The notes under the pieces were generated by a model. It ran no database searches, had not been told where the DNA came from, and saw nothing but the letters and a program-made list of their open reading frames with translations. Positions 12,593 to 26,619 of a DNA stretch of 64,000 nucleotides are shown in pieces (the first letter of the stretch is position 1; each line of letters starts with the position of its first letter). A program made the translations under genes and the position numbers. The stretch lies in assembly GCF_009914755.1 (NCBI RefSeq), contig NC_060941.1. One strand, written 5' to 3'. This DNA is from the human T2T-CHM13v2.0 reference genome, Homo sapiens.

Positions 12593-14329
12593 GCTTTTTC
12601 TTTTGTTCTATCCTTCCTGTTAGATCACTTCCCATTAGTTCTGCCTGCCGTTGGTTTCATTTTTCAAATATATGTTTTATGCAGGGTGGTTTGTTTTGTT
12701 TTGCTTCCAGTCCAGTGTTCATAGTTAGCACTTGAGATTCGTAGTATTTGTCATTGAAATTCTCTGTTTCCTCTTGAATGTTGAGATAATTGAGTAAATC
12801 ACAATACAAGTTAGGTCTTATAAACCAGTGCAGCATTCATTAATTCAGCCATTACAATGTGACTGAAGGGTCATTTTCACACTGAGAATTTTGAAGGTAC
12901 CACTGCTAAGACTAAAATAATTTGGGAAAGAGGACCATTTTAAGCTAATGGCATTCAGTCATGTTCTCAATTTAGAGACCTTCTTCAAAGTATTAGCTAC
13001 AAGCTACAGAAGATAGCAAATCAACCTGATTTCAGATCATTTAATACAAGAAAAAAAAATGAGCAAGAAGCTTTATGTCATTGTAATTTTCACTGTTTAA
13101 GTCAAGAAGGATAAAGATAGAAGATCAGAGACTTAAAATCTAACCTAATCAGTGAAGTTCCTCCTGGCTAAAGAACCGGAGGGTTATTGTTAAAATCCTT
13201 AAGGAAGGAGCAATAAGATTTCAAGGTTAAGCTTTTTAGACAATAAACACTTAAACATTAAGAACATCAGGGCATGATCAGTTCCCCAAAGGGCTGACAC
13301 AGGTTCCTGAAATTGATCTCACTTCTAATTTCTTTCTTGTGTCTTGGGAGTAGAGTGTGGTTATGAAATGATGAAGCCTCCTTATGCAAATCACAGGTGC
13401 CTGGGGTCAACTCCAGTCCTTACCATGGAATTACAGTCAATACGCCATGTCAGCATGTCACTAAGGCAATGTAATGTTTAACAAACAAATAGTAAGAACA
13501 ATTTGAGTTAAATGTTTTTCTCTCTTAGCGTCTGGATGGCAAAATCTGATGTGTAGAACAAGCCTCTTTACTAGGGCTTGTGCTATATCCTCTCTGCTGA
13601 TTGGAAGATACAGCAAAAGATTTTAATTTATGAATAAGTTTTTGTAGCAAAATTATCTGGTGGCATTATGGAAAAAGCAGCAACAGATTGCTTCTGTAAG
13701 GTATTGGGTGATCACGTGGTCCGTTGATATCTGCCACAGAGGACTAATGTCTGACCACGACGCCAAGAGCAAGTGAGGTGAGACTTCATTGGCTCTTCAT
13801 GGGCTTTCCTGCTTAGGATTTCATCCACCACTGTCTAGCTTACCCCCAAACGTACTTTAACTTCTCTCAAGTGTTCCCATTGACAGGCGCATAGGGTGAC
13901 TTTATCTTGACATATATTAAAAGCACAGCAATACCTAGCAGATGTTCCATAAACAGTATTTATGGAAGTCGTATATCTCCACGGTGATCACGCCATGCAA
14001 TGTGTAGCACAGCTGCAATTAGGGAGATCTATGATAGGTGCATTGTTTTATGAGGTGTCATCTGGGTCCTGAGCAGGAAAATCATAAGCCCATAATGTTT
14101 AGATGTTCACTTTTTAATACATATGATTTATTCACCAAGACAAGTAAGCTCAACAAGTATTTATTCTTTGGTGCATTTTTTTTCTTTATTCAGTCTTTCT
14201 TTTCTTCCTTTTTTCTCTTCATGAATGCCTTTTATTTATGTATTTTACTTTTTCATTGCATTTACCTAGAAGTTGTGTGTACTTTAAGCCAAGTACATAG
14301 TGATAATAGTAAAAGAAAAAAAGCACAAA

Positions 14330-15150
14330 TTATTTGTGAGGCACAATGCTAAGTGCAATGAGGAATATAGTTATAGTAACAAAGTCCTTATTCTCAAGGA
14401 AGTTATCCTAGTTAAACATGCGAATTTGTACACACACATATATAGAGCCACATAATGGTGGCAATACGTATCAAGGGATACTATGGAAGCTTAGACAGAA
14501 AAATTTCACTGCCTCCCTTACACAAAAAAGTTTACATAAGCAAACAAGTGACAGTTGAATTAGGCCTTGAAGAGTGGCTAAAGTTTTACAGAGAGAAATA
14601 AAGGATAAGAATTCAAAACAGATGGAATAAAATAGAATACTGGGAGTTGGGGAGTGGATCTCCAAATTTGAAAGTATTTTTAAGGAATTGTTACTAGAGG
14701 TTGGTGATATTATTAGTAGCAAAATCAAACTAAATAAAAACCAAAATGGAAAAATCAGCGGGCGGTAAATGATTTGGGGGTATAGTGATAAATAGTCTAT
14801 ATACATATTGATGTTTTTAGAACAGAAATGAAAATTCAGAACTAGAGTAGAGGATAAATATTGGAGACATAGACACAAAAGGTTGATATCCGGAAAGAAG
14901 AACTAATGTTTTGGGAAGATAGGAAGATATAACTTTATAACCTCATACAGAACCTTTAGGAGAGAGTAGGTATAAATCATATAGAGTGGTGAGAAGAGGA
15001 GTAAGTCAGGATGTTGAGAATGCAAACTTGTTAGAAGTGAGAGAAAGCAAGCAAGTGGAAAGTTGAGTTCGTGAAAAATTATGAAAGTCAATGACAAAGG
15101 GATCATTATGTCAGATGCTGCAGAATCAAAGAAGAGGACTTAGAAAGGAC
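14330..15150 (-). mobile_element. L2 fragments
   Basis: ggcacaatgctaagtgc...gtccttattctcaaggaagtta...; tgtcagatgctgcaga. Confidence 0.5.
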
Positions 15151-15169
15151 TGACGTGTATAATTAGACA

Positions 15170-15358
15170 GAGTGGAGCACAGGGTTTAATTATGCATATA
15201 TTGGGTTTGTACCCTTGGTTTCCACACTAGTTGTGTGATCTCAGGCAAGTCACTTAGCCTCTCTGGTTCTCCACTATCTTAATTATAAAATAGAGTTGTC
15301 ATTGGGAGTAAATATGGAAAATAATTTGAAAATACTTGGTAAACAGTAAGCATTATAC
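15170..15358 (+). mobile_element. MIR
   Basis: actagttgtgtgatctcaggcaagtcacttagcctctctg...tataaaatag. Confidence 0.75.
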
Positions 15359-15656
15359 ATATATTTTTATCTTCTTTCTCTTTCTGCAAATTATCTTTCT
15401 TACTCCCATTTGTGCAACGTGCGTGAAGGCTGATCTAAATGGTGGTCCCAGGTCCTGAGTCCACATGACCTTTCAGCTCAAGGACACCCAACACTGATCA
15501 ACTCTGCTTCTATAGTATTTTGTTTTGCTTTTTTTCCCCCTCCTAATTTCCTTCAAAAAGAACCTAATTGGCACAACCATGTTATGTTTCTTCCCCAAGG
15601 CCACTCAGCCTTGACCAGGCATCAGGGTCAGGTGGCAATAAACTCTGCTTCTTTAG

Positions 15657-16376
<720 letters not shown>

Positions 16377-17218
16377 TGATTGCCATTTTTTTTTTTGTGC
16401 CAAGGGAATAGATGAATGCTCAAAAGGATCAAATGTAAATTCTGGGTTCAGGCTGCCACCTTCTGTTTATGTCCTCTTAGTAGACAGGATGGGTATTTGT
16501 GAATAGTCAAATGGTAGCTTACAGCTCTAGTCAAGCACATGGCTTTATTCACCAAAACGTAATGGAGATGGAGCAAGTGGTAGGACATCACTTGATACCC
16601 ATTCCATCCTCTGACGTCTCTGCCATCAATCATTATTGTGAGATTGCTAGACTCTTCAGTCTGAGGACAGAATCTAAATTCAGGCAGTACTCTGTTCCAA
16701 GACAGACTCTTTCACTTATTCTAAGTGACTTTGGTTGGGTTCCTTAGTATGTGTGCCTCAGTTTATTTGCATATGAAATAGGAACATATTAACCAGCTCA
16801 CAGATCTGTTATGCCTAGCACAGTATGAAATTTAGTAGATGTCCAATAAATGCTCTATCTTCTTGAATAGTGAACACAGATAAACACATCTAGTATATGA
16901 GACAGTGTAAAACAGAAGAAATTATGCTTTAATAAAAGTTCTTATTCTAGAGTTCTTATCCTCTCTCTGTAATTCTAATTCTAGAGTTTTATTTTCTCTC
17001 TATACTTTTCCCAGCTGTGCAATGTTTGAATATCAATTTTTCTTTGAAATTCAAAACTTTTGTGTACAAACAGAAATATTCTTTACCACTATAAATATTT
17101 TACTAGGTTATCAGAAGCTCAAGTGAGCTAAGGTATAGAAAACACTTTACAAATTAGAAAACACTAAATGCAAAGTATCACTAAAATCTTACTTCAGTTA
17201 TTACTCTTGAATAACTAG

Positions 17219-17558
<340 letters not shown>

Positions 17559-19769
17559 GAATAACTAGAATTTTAAAATGCAGTCCATATAGATTTCATT
17601 TGTAAAAACACCATTAAAGTAGATTCTGGGATAAAATGTGTTTATCTTATCTCCTAAACAGAGATTTTTTTTTTTATGCTTCGGGCAAAATAACGATGAA
17701 CAGATGGGCTTGGGTTTGCTGTATACTGTTTAAAAAATAATGTTAAAAATGTTTTTAAAACATGTTTAAAATGGGAGATTTTATTTTTTAATAAAACCTA
17801 TACTTGAAATTTTTCTTCAGAAGTAACAGGGATATTTTATAATACTGAGATAGCATTTAGCTTGGCCAATGGTCTGTTATAGCTAATTAGCAGCTGCCTA
17901 CTTTCAACAGTGCTTCCACACTCTGGTTTGCCACAGTTTCTACTAATTGTTATTACCCCACACACTGAAGCTGAGTGTCACATCTCAGAATTGTATTAAA
18001 TAATATTCCAGTTGAGAATAAGAATAAAAGTGGGGGAAAGGCATATCTTTATCTTAAGATTGACTTTTTGTTTAAGAATAGAATAGAAATTTATGGAATC
18101 AGTGGATCTTGTGAATCCCCCCATCCAGATGTTTGTCGGGCCATAGGGCTGGCAAATTTATTTAGCTTTGAGAAATGTGAGGTGACAGGATAGCTTTTTA
18201 AACTCTCAGAAGTTCTCAGATGAAGCAAAAGGATATGAATCTGCCATACAAAGTGGGGTTGTTGTATTGATTTTCTTCCACTGTTGTGCACCTTATCCTT
18301 CTGCAACACTTTAGTGACTTAAATTCAGGATATTAAATGGCGGTTACTGAATAATCCCCTGACATATCAATCCTTACTTCACTTATATAAAGGCACAGGG
18401 GAGCTCAAAGTGAACAGAAGCAAAAATGGAAATAGGAGACGAAGTTTGCATTAGGATGATGTGTCATGTTGCTTTCTGCTTACTTTGATTATGATATGTC
18501 AGGAAGGCTTACTAAGACTATGGAAAATATAAGGTTTTAAAAAATGATTTAAAAATTTTAAAGTTTTAGTTATAAGTTAAACCTGGGAAACAAATTTCTT
18601 CTGGTATATTACATGTGAATCAATATACACGCTTTTACGTGCATATGTCTCTATGGAAAAAATTGAAAGATATAATTAAGGGAATATTCTCCACAGATGT
18701 TTTACTTCTCATTTCTCCTTTTATATCTCTGACCTGTTTCACTTCTGATTTAAGCCTTCATGTCAAGATTTTCCCTTTGGGAGGTTTACAAATGATGACC
18801 CAGTAATATTAAGATAGTTAATCAGAAGCCTGCCTTCCAAATACAGTAAAAGTGTAATCAACTAGAGAAATACTATTGAGATTCACAATCTGCCCCCACT
18901 GTCCTTTGACAGATGTGATATCTTATTGTTCAATTTTGCAACACTGTATATGTTTCATTTATTTTTTGCCAAGTTAAAAGGAATTAAAATTTAATTTTAT
19001 GTTGAAAATTATTTTGGAAATTCAAAACAACTTGAGGTAACTGGAAATGCTCTTGGGGCCAGAGGCTGGAGGTGGAAAACAGGCAGAGAGTTCAAAAACA
19101 AGGATGAAATGCACGGTGTCAGATTCAGGAGCGCTTTCTTAAGCATACTAACTCCTTCCTGAGGTGGACCAAACTTCTGCACATCAAATAGATACTATTC
19201 TCAGACTCCTTGGGAATAATAAAAGCAGAGCCTACAAAGTTACTGTAGGTAGAATCAGAGATGCATGCTACTGTATACACCATTCCTCAATCAAAGAAAA
19301 ATCACATAAGAACAATACATCAGATAGCACTCCTTTTATTACAATCTGCACTTTCTTTTCACCTATGCTGGAGCGTCAAGTGAGTGAAGTTGGAGATATT
19401 TAGTTATTTAACAAATAAATAAGCCTATATCTATTAGACAATATCGAATAGAGAAACATATCTCTTAATTAATTTAAGCAAGTTTTATTCAGAGACTGTT
19501 ATAGTTCAGATTTGGTGCTTAGTACTAGGAACAACGTTGATGAATAAAATAGATAAATTACCTGTCTTTGTAAGTCTTGCAGCTTAATGGCCTGGGCCTA
19601 CAGAGACGTTGACAGCAGGGAAGAGAGGAAGCAGAATGCCAGTCTATAATTGCTCACCTAGATCTGAACTAGAGCCAAAAGCAGAAGAGGCTACCAGCAG
19701 AAAGAAAAAAGGGAATTGGAAGGATGCAGCAGGAAAGTCTATTGTTCAACCCTATTCAGTTTTACTCTT

Positions 19770-20130
19770 TCGGGGTACAGGGCAAGGACATTTTTTCCAG
19801 TCTCCTTGCAGCTAAGTGGAGCAGCATGCTTGGTTAGAATCAATGGGCTGTGGGAAGAAATGGGTATGTCACTCCCAAGTCAAAGCATGTAACATCCATA
19901 GCTGACATAGCATGACTCTGTGGTTGACTCTTCCCTGCCTCACCAACCTAAGAGAACTGTGGGTAAAACAGTGGAACTGTCAGAATGAAGTAGTCTGAAT
20001 TGTTGAGTAGCTACATGGAAGACAGTTTCCTGGACAGTTGTCTTGATTTGTGATGGACTCTGTGTGACAAAGAAACACTTTTGTTGTATTAAGGAGAGAT
20101 GGTAGGGTTCTTGTATCATAACCTATCATG
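19770..20130 (+). mobile_element. MLT1 (I/J-like) MaLR LTR
   Basis: ttccagtctccttgcagctaag...caatgggctgtgggaagaaatg...aaacacttttgttgtattaa. Confidence 0.6.
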
Positions 20131-20849
20131 CCCTGGTCATAGAGGGGTTATTGATCATGTGTTTCTTGACAGTAGATATGAGGTGCTGAAAAAAAGGGAT
20201 TGAGACTAGAGAAGAATTTTTGCCCTCTTGAAGCCAATAAGTGGAATTATAGAAATCCCTCTTGATTTACAGGAAAGTGTATCTAAACCAATTTCAATTT
20301 GTTTTCCAAATGAGAAACAGATTGGAAAATTACTTAGAGTGCAACTGTTCTTAAGATGAAGAAATGAAATATTCTCTATGATCAAAAGGAGGATATAAAT
20401 ACACTAAGTCTGGAAGAGTTTTTGTTTGCTCTAAGTGTTACCATCTTGTCATATTAATAATTTTAATTTTATTCATATGAAATATTCAAGTACAATGTTT
20501 TGTGTTTGTATGTGTGTGTATATATGTATGTGTGTAATACAAAACTCACTTAATTTTATTCAGTTCCACCAGGGAAATTCCAATGTAATTTGTCAACTTT
20601 ATAATAAAATGGGTTTTAGGTGGATGGGCTCAGATCTCTGACTTACGGAGAAAAAGAAATAATCATTTTTTGCTTTGCTTCAAAGACTGGAAACAAATAA
20701 AAAACATGCAAAATTTACAAGACATAAGATCAGTAATTTACTTTACAAAAATTGGTTTTTGACTCAGTAGTGGAAAAAATTACTTATTTGTGTCACGGTC
20801 ACTTAGCAGCTATTAGTACCTAGTTATTTTGGCATTGAAAAACCATTTA

Positions 20850-23330
20850 TTTATTAATTCAATCATTCATTCAGTAAATACATATTGAGTAGTTACTATA
20901 TACCAGTCAACACTGGAATTTCTGAAAATTTGTCTGAGAACAATGCAGGCATGGTCCATGATCTCTTAAAGCATACATTCTACTGGGGGGAGACAGAATA
21001 TAACTAATACGTCAAAAAGAAAATATCAAGCAGTGATGCATACTATAAAGAAAAGATATAAGGATGAGGATTTGAGTGTCTAGAGGCATCTTCAGATAGA
21101 GTGGTCATGAAGGCCTTTTTGAAGAGATACTTTTAAAACAGAAACTTTAATGACAATAGGGAGACACCCTTGCAAAGACCTGGAGAAGCTTGATACTCCT
21201 GGCAGAGAAAATCATAACTACAAGGGACCTTATGTGGGAGTACTTGGCATAGACAAGGGACAGAAAGAAGACCTGCTCCAGCACAGTGAATGTCATGGCA
21301 CAAGATAGGAGGTTTCTCATTACATAGCACCTCATATTAGAAAGTAAAGTTTGAATTTCACTCTCAATGCGGTGAGAAATCACTGAGATATTTTAAGCAG
21401 GAGGTGAAATGATTGGAATTAATTTCATTTTTAACTTACTGATAACTTTGCACAGAATGAAAAAAATTGTTAAGAATGGAAGTCTGAAGATGAGTAAAGG
21501 GGATTATTGTAGTAGTCCAAGAGATAGAGTAGAAGGGTTGGGAATGGAGGGAAATGACACATTCAAAATATATTTGGGAAGTAAAATCAATTAAGATTTA
21601 ATAATGAACTGGAACTAGGGGTTAAGAGGGGACTCAAGATTCATCTATTGATTGTTGGTTTAAGCAACACAGTGAATAGTATTTATTTATTTACTGATAC
21701 AGAGATTACAGAGAAAGGTAAAAGTTTCCATTGAGAAAGTAGTAAAGGTAGGGGGATGATAGAGTTTTGTTTCAATGATGTTCAATTTGAAATGCCAATT
21801 CAACATTTGAGAAAAGATTGAAATGCCTTTGCAAAACTATCACAGTAAAAGAAGTCTGACATGGCTGACTTCATCTTGCTTCTACCCTCTAAGCTATCTT
21901 CACCCATTCCTGGTTGTAGGTCACATGGGAGGAATTTGGATTATAATTTGACCTTGAAGCAGGGAAAATATAGTCCTTGATAAAACTGATTCCCTCCTTG
22001 TTCACAGACTGAAATTGGCTTTGTAAAACCAATGAAAGGCCATGAGAATAGAATTATGAGAGGACCCTGAATTCTGCTAAAATCTAGACATAGTTTCTAT
22101 AATCCTTTACTGCCCAGGAGTCACGTGCCCAGAGGTCATAAGATTTGTGACTTCCTCAATTGCTCCTGTAGATACCATCACATTGTAACACCTTGGGTGT
22201 TTTTTTTTTTTTTTGAAATTTTTTCAGACTGATCTCACCCATACTCCTGATTCATGACTTAACCAGTCCTGTGGCCCCACCCAGAGGCACACTCAATGTA
22301 TGAGGACCATTTGGACCATTTTTCACACCCCTATCATTTCTTTCCCAACCAATCTGGAGCACCTATTCCCTAGCCTCCTCCCCACCAAATTGTCCATGAA
22401 AACCCTAGCCACTGAGCCTTTGTGGATATTGATCTGAGTAATAACTCCATCTCCCATGTGGCCGGCCTTGTGTCAATTAAACTCTTTCTCTAGTGCAATG
22501 TCATGGTCTCAATAAATTGATTCAGTCTAGTCAGTGGGCAGGAAGAACCTATCAGGTGATTACAAGATGATAAATTGGCAATTAGATACACAAATCTGAA
22601 ATTAAGGGAGAAAATCATGCTTGAAGAAAAAAATTGAGGAGTCAATTAAAATATATGTAAAATAATGGAGCTAGATGGTACTTCCTAGGGAATGAGTGTG
22701 CTTTCGGTAAGATTTTATGTAAGAAATAATAATAAAAAACCTACATTGAGCTGTATGAAGCATCTAAATTTAAAAGACTGAGAAAGACCAGCAATAAGGA
22801 TGGAGAAAACCAGACAAATCTATATTTTAAAAGGTTAGACAGAGTATTCTGGATTAATGGTATCAGTTGCTATTGAGAGGTCATGTAAAAAGAAAGGAGA
22901 GAAATGACGACAGGATTTGGCACCATTGAGGTTATTAGTGACCTTGCCAAGAGCAACTATCAAAGGATTATAGGAACAGAGGCCTAAAGTATGTGCACTG
23001 GGGAAAGAATAGAGATTGGCACGAGAAAGTAAAGACCGTGACCATAAACAACTCTTTTATGGAAAAGTGTCATGAAGCCAAAGTGAAAAATGGTACTGTA
23101 GCTAAAGGGGCAATATGAGGTCAAGGGAAACTTCTGTTATGTTTAAAATAGAAATTTCTGAGGCATGTTTTGATGCTTATGAGAGCAATCCAAAAGAAAA
23201 GGAGAAACGAATGACTCTAGAGAAAGACAGGATGATTATAGGTGAAAAATCCTTGAGACAGGGAGAGGTATTAGAATTCAGAGCCTAAGTTAATCTAGGA
23301 TGAGAGTAGGTATACTTAATCAGATTGTTT
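20850..23330 (-). mobile_element. L2 (L2a-like), long, interrupted by the LTR8-family LTR
   Basis: 3' tail ttcattcagtaaatacatattgagt; ttttaagcaggaggtgaaatgat; resumes after the LTR (tggatttggcaccattgaggttattagtgaccttg-like at 22915-22950). Confidence 0.75.
21819..22564 (+). mobile_element. LTR8-family (LTR8A/LTR8B) solo LTR, ERV1
   Basis: Starts tgaaatgcctttgcaaaa, ends gggcaggaagaacctatcaggtgattaca; 4-bp TSD agat at 21815-21818 and 22565-22568. Confidence 0.87.
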
Positions 23331-23440
23331 CTATTTTCTCAAAGAAGTGTGAGGCAACACCCTCAGCATAGCATAAGCAAGAAGGAAGGTGTTTGAAGTC
23401 CGTGGAGTGAGGAAATGGCTTACAGTAGTAACCCATTTGA

Positions 23441-23736
<296 letters not shown>

Positions 23737-24059
23737 CCTGATTTTAAAACTAAAGCAAAAAGCACAGTTGCATTTTCCTCCAACGAAGAACAGCTGTTCA
23801 GTTGAGATAAATGAACAGAGTAGAGAGATAGCTGGATTTAATGCACAGTCAGTTGAGAACAGTAGAGAAAAAGAGAAGGAAATTAAGACATTAGAGTAAA
23901 CTTAATGATGAGCTATTGACTTTTGCTGGACTAGTAAGGGAAATTAGAATATGAGAAAAATGATAGTTAATAAAAATGATCAGGGCCAATGGATTTGGAG
24001 ATCTTGTTGAGATTAAAACAATGCTAGAGAATAATGACTGGAAAGAGTAGTAGAAAATG

Positions 24060-24482
24060 CCGATTGCTAATATCTGTTTATTTCCCTAAACCCATTTAAA
24101 AATTAAAAACAAGAACAAAGAGTTGACAGGGCACATGACCACATGGAAAGAAGACATTTTACAGCAACAACGTTCATAAATTCTAGCTAATGTGGATGTG
24201 AGTGAAAGTATCGTGCAACTTTTGGGAAGCTTTCTTAAAGACGTGATGGCTGGAGCATAAGCAACCATTCTGGAGCGTGGAAGCTTTGTGTTAATGGTAA
24301 CAGAGGTCCAATGTAAAAAGAATCTGAAGGCCTGATGCTTTTGGGATGCTCCCTAACCAGTGTCTGCTTCTTTGAACTTATTTTACATGAGAGCTTCTGT
24401 CAGGTTTAATTCAGATTTTCATTTGTTTGGTTGGTTTTTCATTTGTTGTTATATACATCCATATTCAATGCTAAATAATACA
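24060..24482 (+). mobile_element. MLT1J-like MaLR LTR
   Basis: aattctagctaatg..gatgtgagtgaaag...tgcaacttttgggaag...gacgtgatggctggagc..agcaaccatt. Confidence 0.6.
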
Positions 24483-24959
24483 GAAGAATGAGATGTTTCC
24501 AGATAGTAATATTCAAGTTTAACATTTTTGAAGTGATACAATTATTGATAAATGTAAAGGTCAAAATTATAACCATAAAATGGAAGAAAACATATCACTG
24601 AGCATGAAAAGGTCATGGAAGTGACAGGCTTTTTAGCCCAGGTATGAGGAAGATAATTCCAGTAGATGAGGAAATCACAGACTTAGAATTTAAGCAGAGA
24701 GGGCAAAATAATAAACTAGGTGCTAAAATCATCAATGAATGATGGAAAATGAGCCAGAATTTGTAGAGGGCAAAAAGAGAGGTGGTAGGTGACTGAGAGA
24801 AAAGTGGTTTATTGAAAAAAAAAAAAATGGGGAGCTAGAAAAGAAAAGTTTCTACAGGGTGCTTCCCATTTGAAGGAAGAGGTATTTGGTTCAAGCTGTA
24901 AAGTCAGAATGCAGAGCTACAATATTGATTACCACTTTCGAGTTAAGAACATTAGCAAA

Positions 24960-25273
24960 AGCCAGGCACGGTGGCTCACGCCTGTAATCCCAACACATTG
25001 GGAGGCCGAGGTGGGCAGATCACCTGAGGTCAGGAGATTAGGACCATCCTGGCTAACACGGTGAAACCCTGTCTCTACTAAAATACAAAAAATTAGCCGG
25101 GCGTGGTGGCGGGCACCTGCAGTCCCAGGTACTCGGGAGGCTGAGGCAGGGGAATGGTGTGAACGCGGGAGGCGGAGCTTGCAGTGAGCCGAGATCTAGA
25201 TGGCGCCACTGCACTCCAGCCTGGGTGACAGAGCAATACTCCGTTTCAAAAATAAAATAAAATAAAATAAAAA
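24960..25273 (+). mobile_element. Alu, mainly AluY with an S-type 'gatcacctgagg' in the left arm
   Basis: catcctggctaacacggtg and gaatggtgtgaac..ggagcttgcag (Y type) but retains CT at gatcacCTgagg; (AAAAT)n tail. Confidence 0.93.
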
Positions 25274-25275
25274 CC

Positions 25276-25440
25276 TTAGTCAAGTCATTTAACCTATCTA
25301 TGCTTCAGTTTTATCATTGGTAAAATGCAGACAATATTTTGTAAAAACAAGATTGTTTAAGAATTAAATGAGATAATTCATGTGAAGTTGTTAGTATATT
25401 ATCTTACAAATTTTTAACACACAGCATGTTAGCTGTGGTT
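25276..25440 (+). mobile_element. MIR
   Basis: caagtcatttaacctatctatgcttcagttttatcattggtaaaatg. Confidence 0.7.
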
Positions 25441-25859
25441 TTGGTTGTTCTGCTCAAAACATACCAATTACATACCAATTCTAAAATATAACACAATAGA
25501 TGAATGCTTAGCTCTTAGTCTTTAAGTTTCTAAATGGGGTCAGTTGCTTAATACACCTCATCTCAATGAGGAGCAGTGTTGTAGACACACAATGTGCTAC
25601 TTTGGACCCCTTCCTTGCTATTTCTAATGGAGTGTCTTATTTAATTAGTGAAAATAGAGAAATGTCTGAGCATACGCCATCCCATTTTAGACTCTTTATC
25701 TGTTAGAGACTTAACAACATGTGTTTCCTCCTCTTGCTCTCACTTCCATGAAAAACACAAACATCAGTGTAGGCCTGGGTTAAGCCTGGAGACTTGGGTG
25801 TACTCCTGGGGTCTGGGTCCTAATGTACTCGATGGGATTAATCCAGGCTGCAGTTTTCT

Positions 25860-25945
25860 TGTCTTTCTTTCTTTTTTTTTTTTTTGAGATGGAGTTTCAT
25901 TCTTGTTGCCCAGGCTGGAGTGCAATGGAGCAATCTTGGCTCACC
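25860..25945 (-). mobile_element. Severely 5'-truncated AluSp/Sq (3' end only)
   Basis: gagatggagtttcattcttgttgcccaggctggagtgcaatgg...ggctcacc; perfect 14-bp TSD ggctgcagttttct at 25846-25859 and 25946-25959. Confidence 0.92.
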
Positions 25946-26053
25946 GGCTGCAGTTTTCTGGAAAAAATCACTGATAAGTATCTGCTCTCAAAATCCAACA
26001 ATCCCCCAGGGCAGATGCCAAAGTGAATACAGGGAGTATCAAGAAGCCAAGAA

Positions 26054-26366
26054 GGCTGGGCACGGTGGCTCATGCCTGTAATCCCAGCTTTTTGAGAGGC
26101 TGAGGCAGGTGGATCATCTGTGGTCAGGAGTTCGAGACCAGCCTGGCCAACATGGCAAATCCCCGTCTCTACTAAAAATACAAAAATTGGCTAGCCATGG
26201 TGGTGCACACCTGTAATCCCAGCTACTCGGGAGGCTGAGGGAGGGAGAATTGCTTGAACTCGGGAGACGGAGGCTGCAGTGAGCCCAGATAGTGCCACTG
26301 TACTCCAACCTGGGTGACAGAGTAAGGCTTCATCTCAAAACAAAAAAAATAAAATAAATAAATAAA
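26054..26366 (+). mobile_element. AluS (Sx-like)
   Basis: Full dimer; gagttcgagaccagcctggccaacatgg. Confidence 0.94.
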
Positions 26367-26619
26367 CAAGAAGTTCTTCTAACACAATCTATTTAATAAC
26401 AAAGCTCTTACTTAGCTATAACAGATACTTATGGCTATCTTCGATTGTTTTAAAATTTTTGGGGAAAGTGATTTATCACTTGAAATGTTCACTATACAAG
26501 AATCCCCACAGAGGAAGAGGCTTACAGGGTTTGGACATTCAGAGGTGAGAGATGATGAGTCTCTCAAAACATGAAAGGGAAAAAGAGATACACAATCAGC
26601 AGTAAAAGAAAACTCTACA

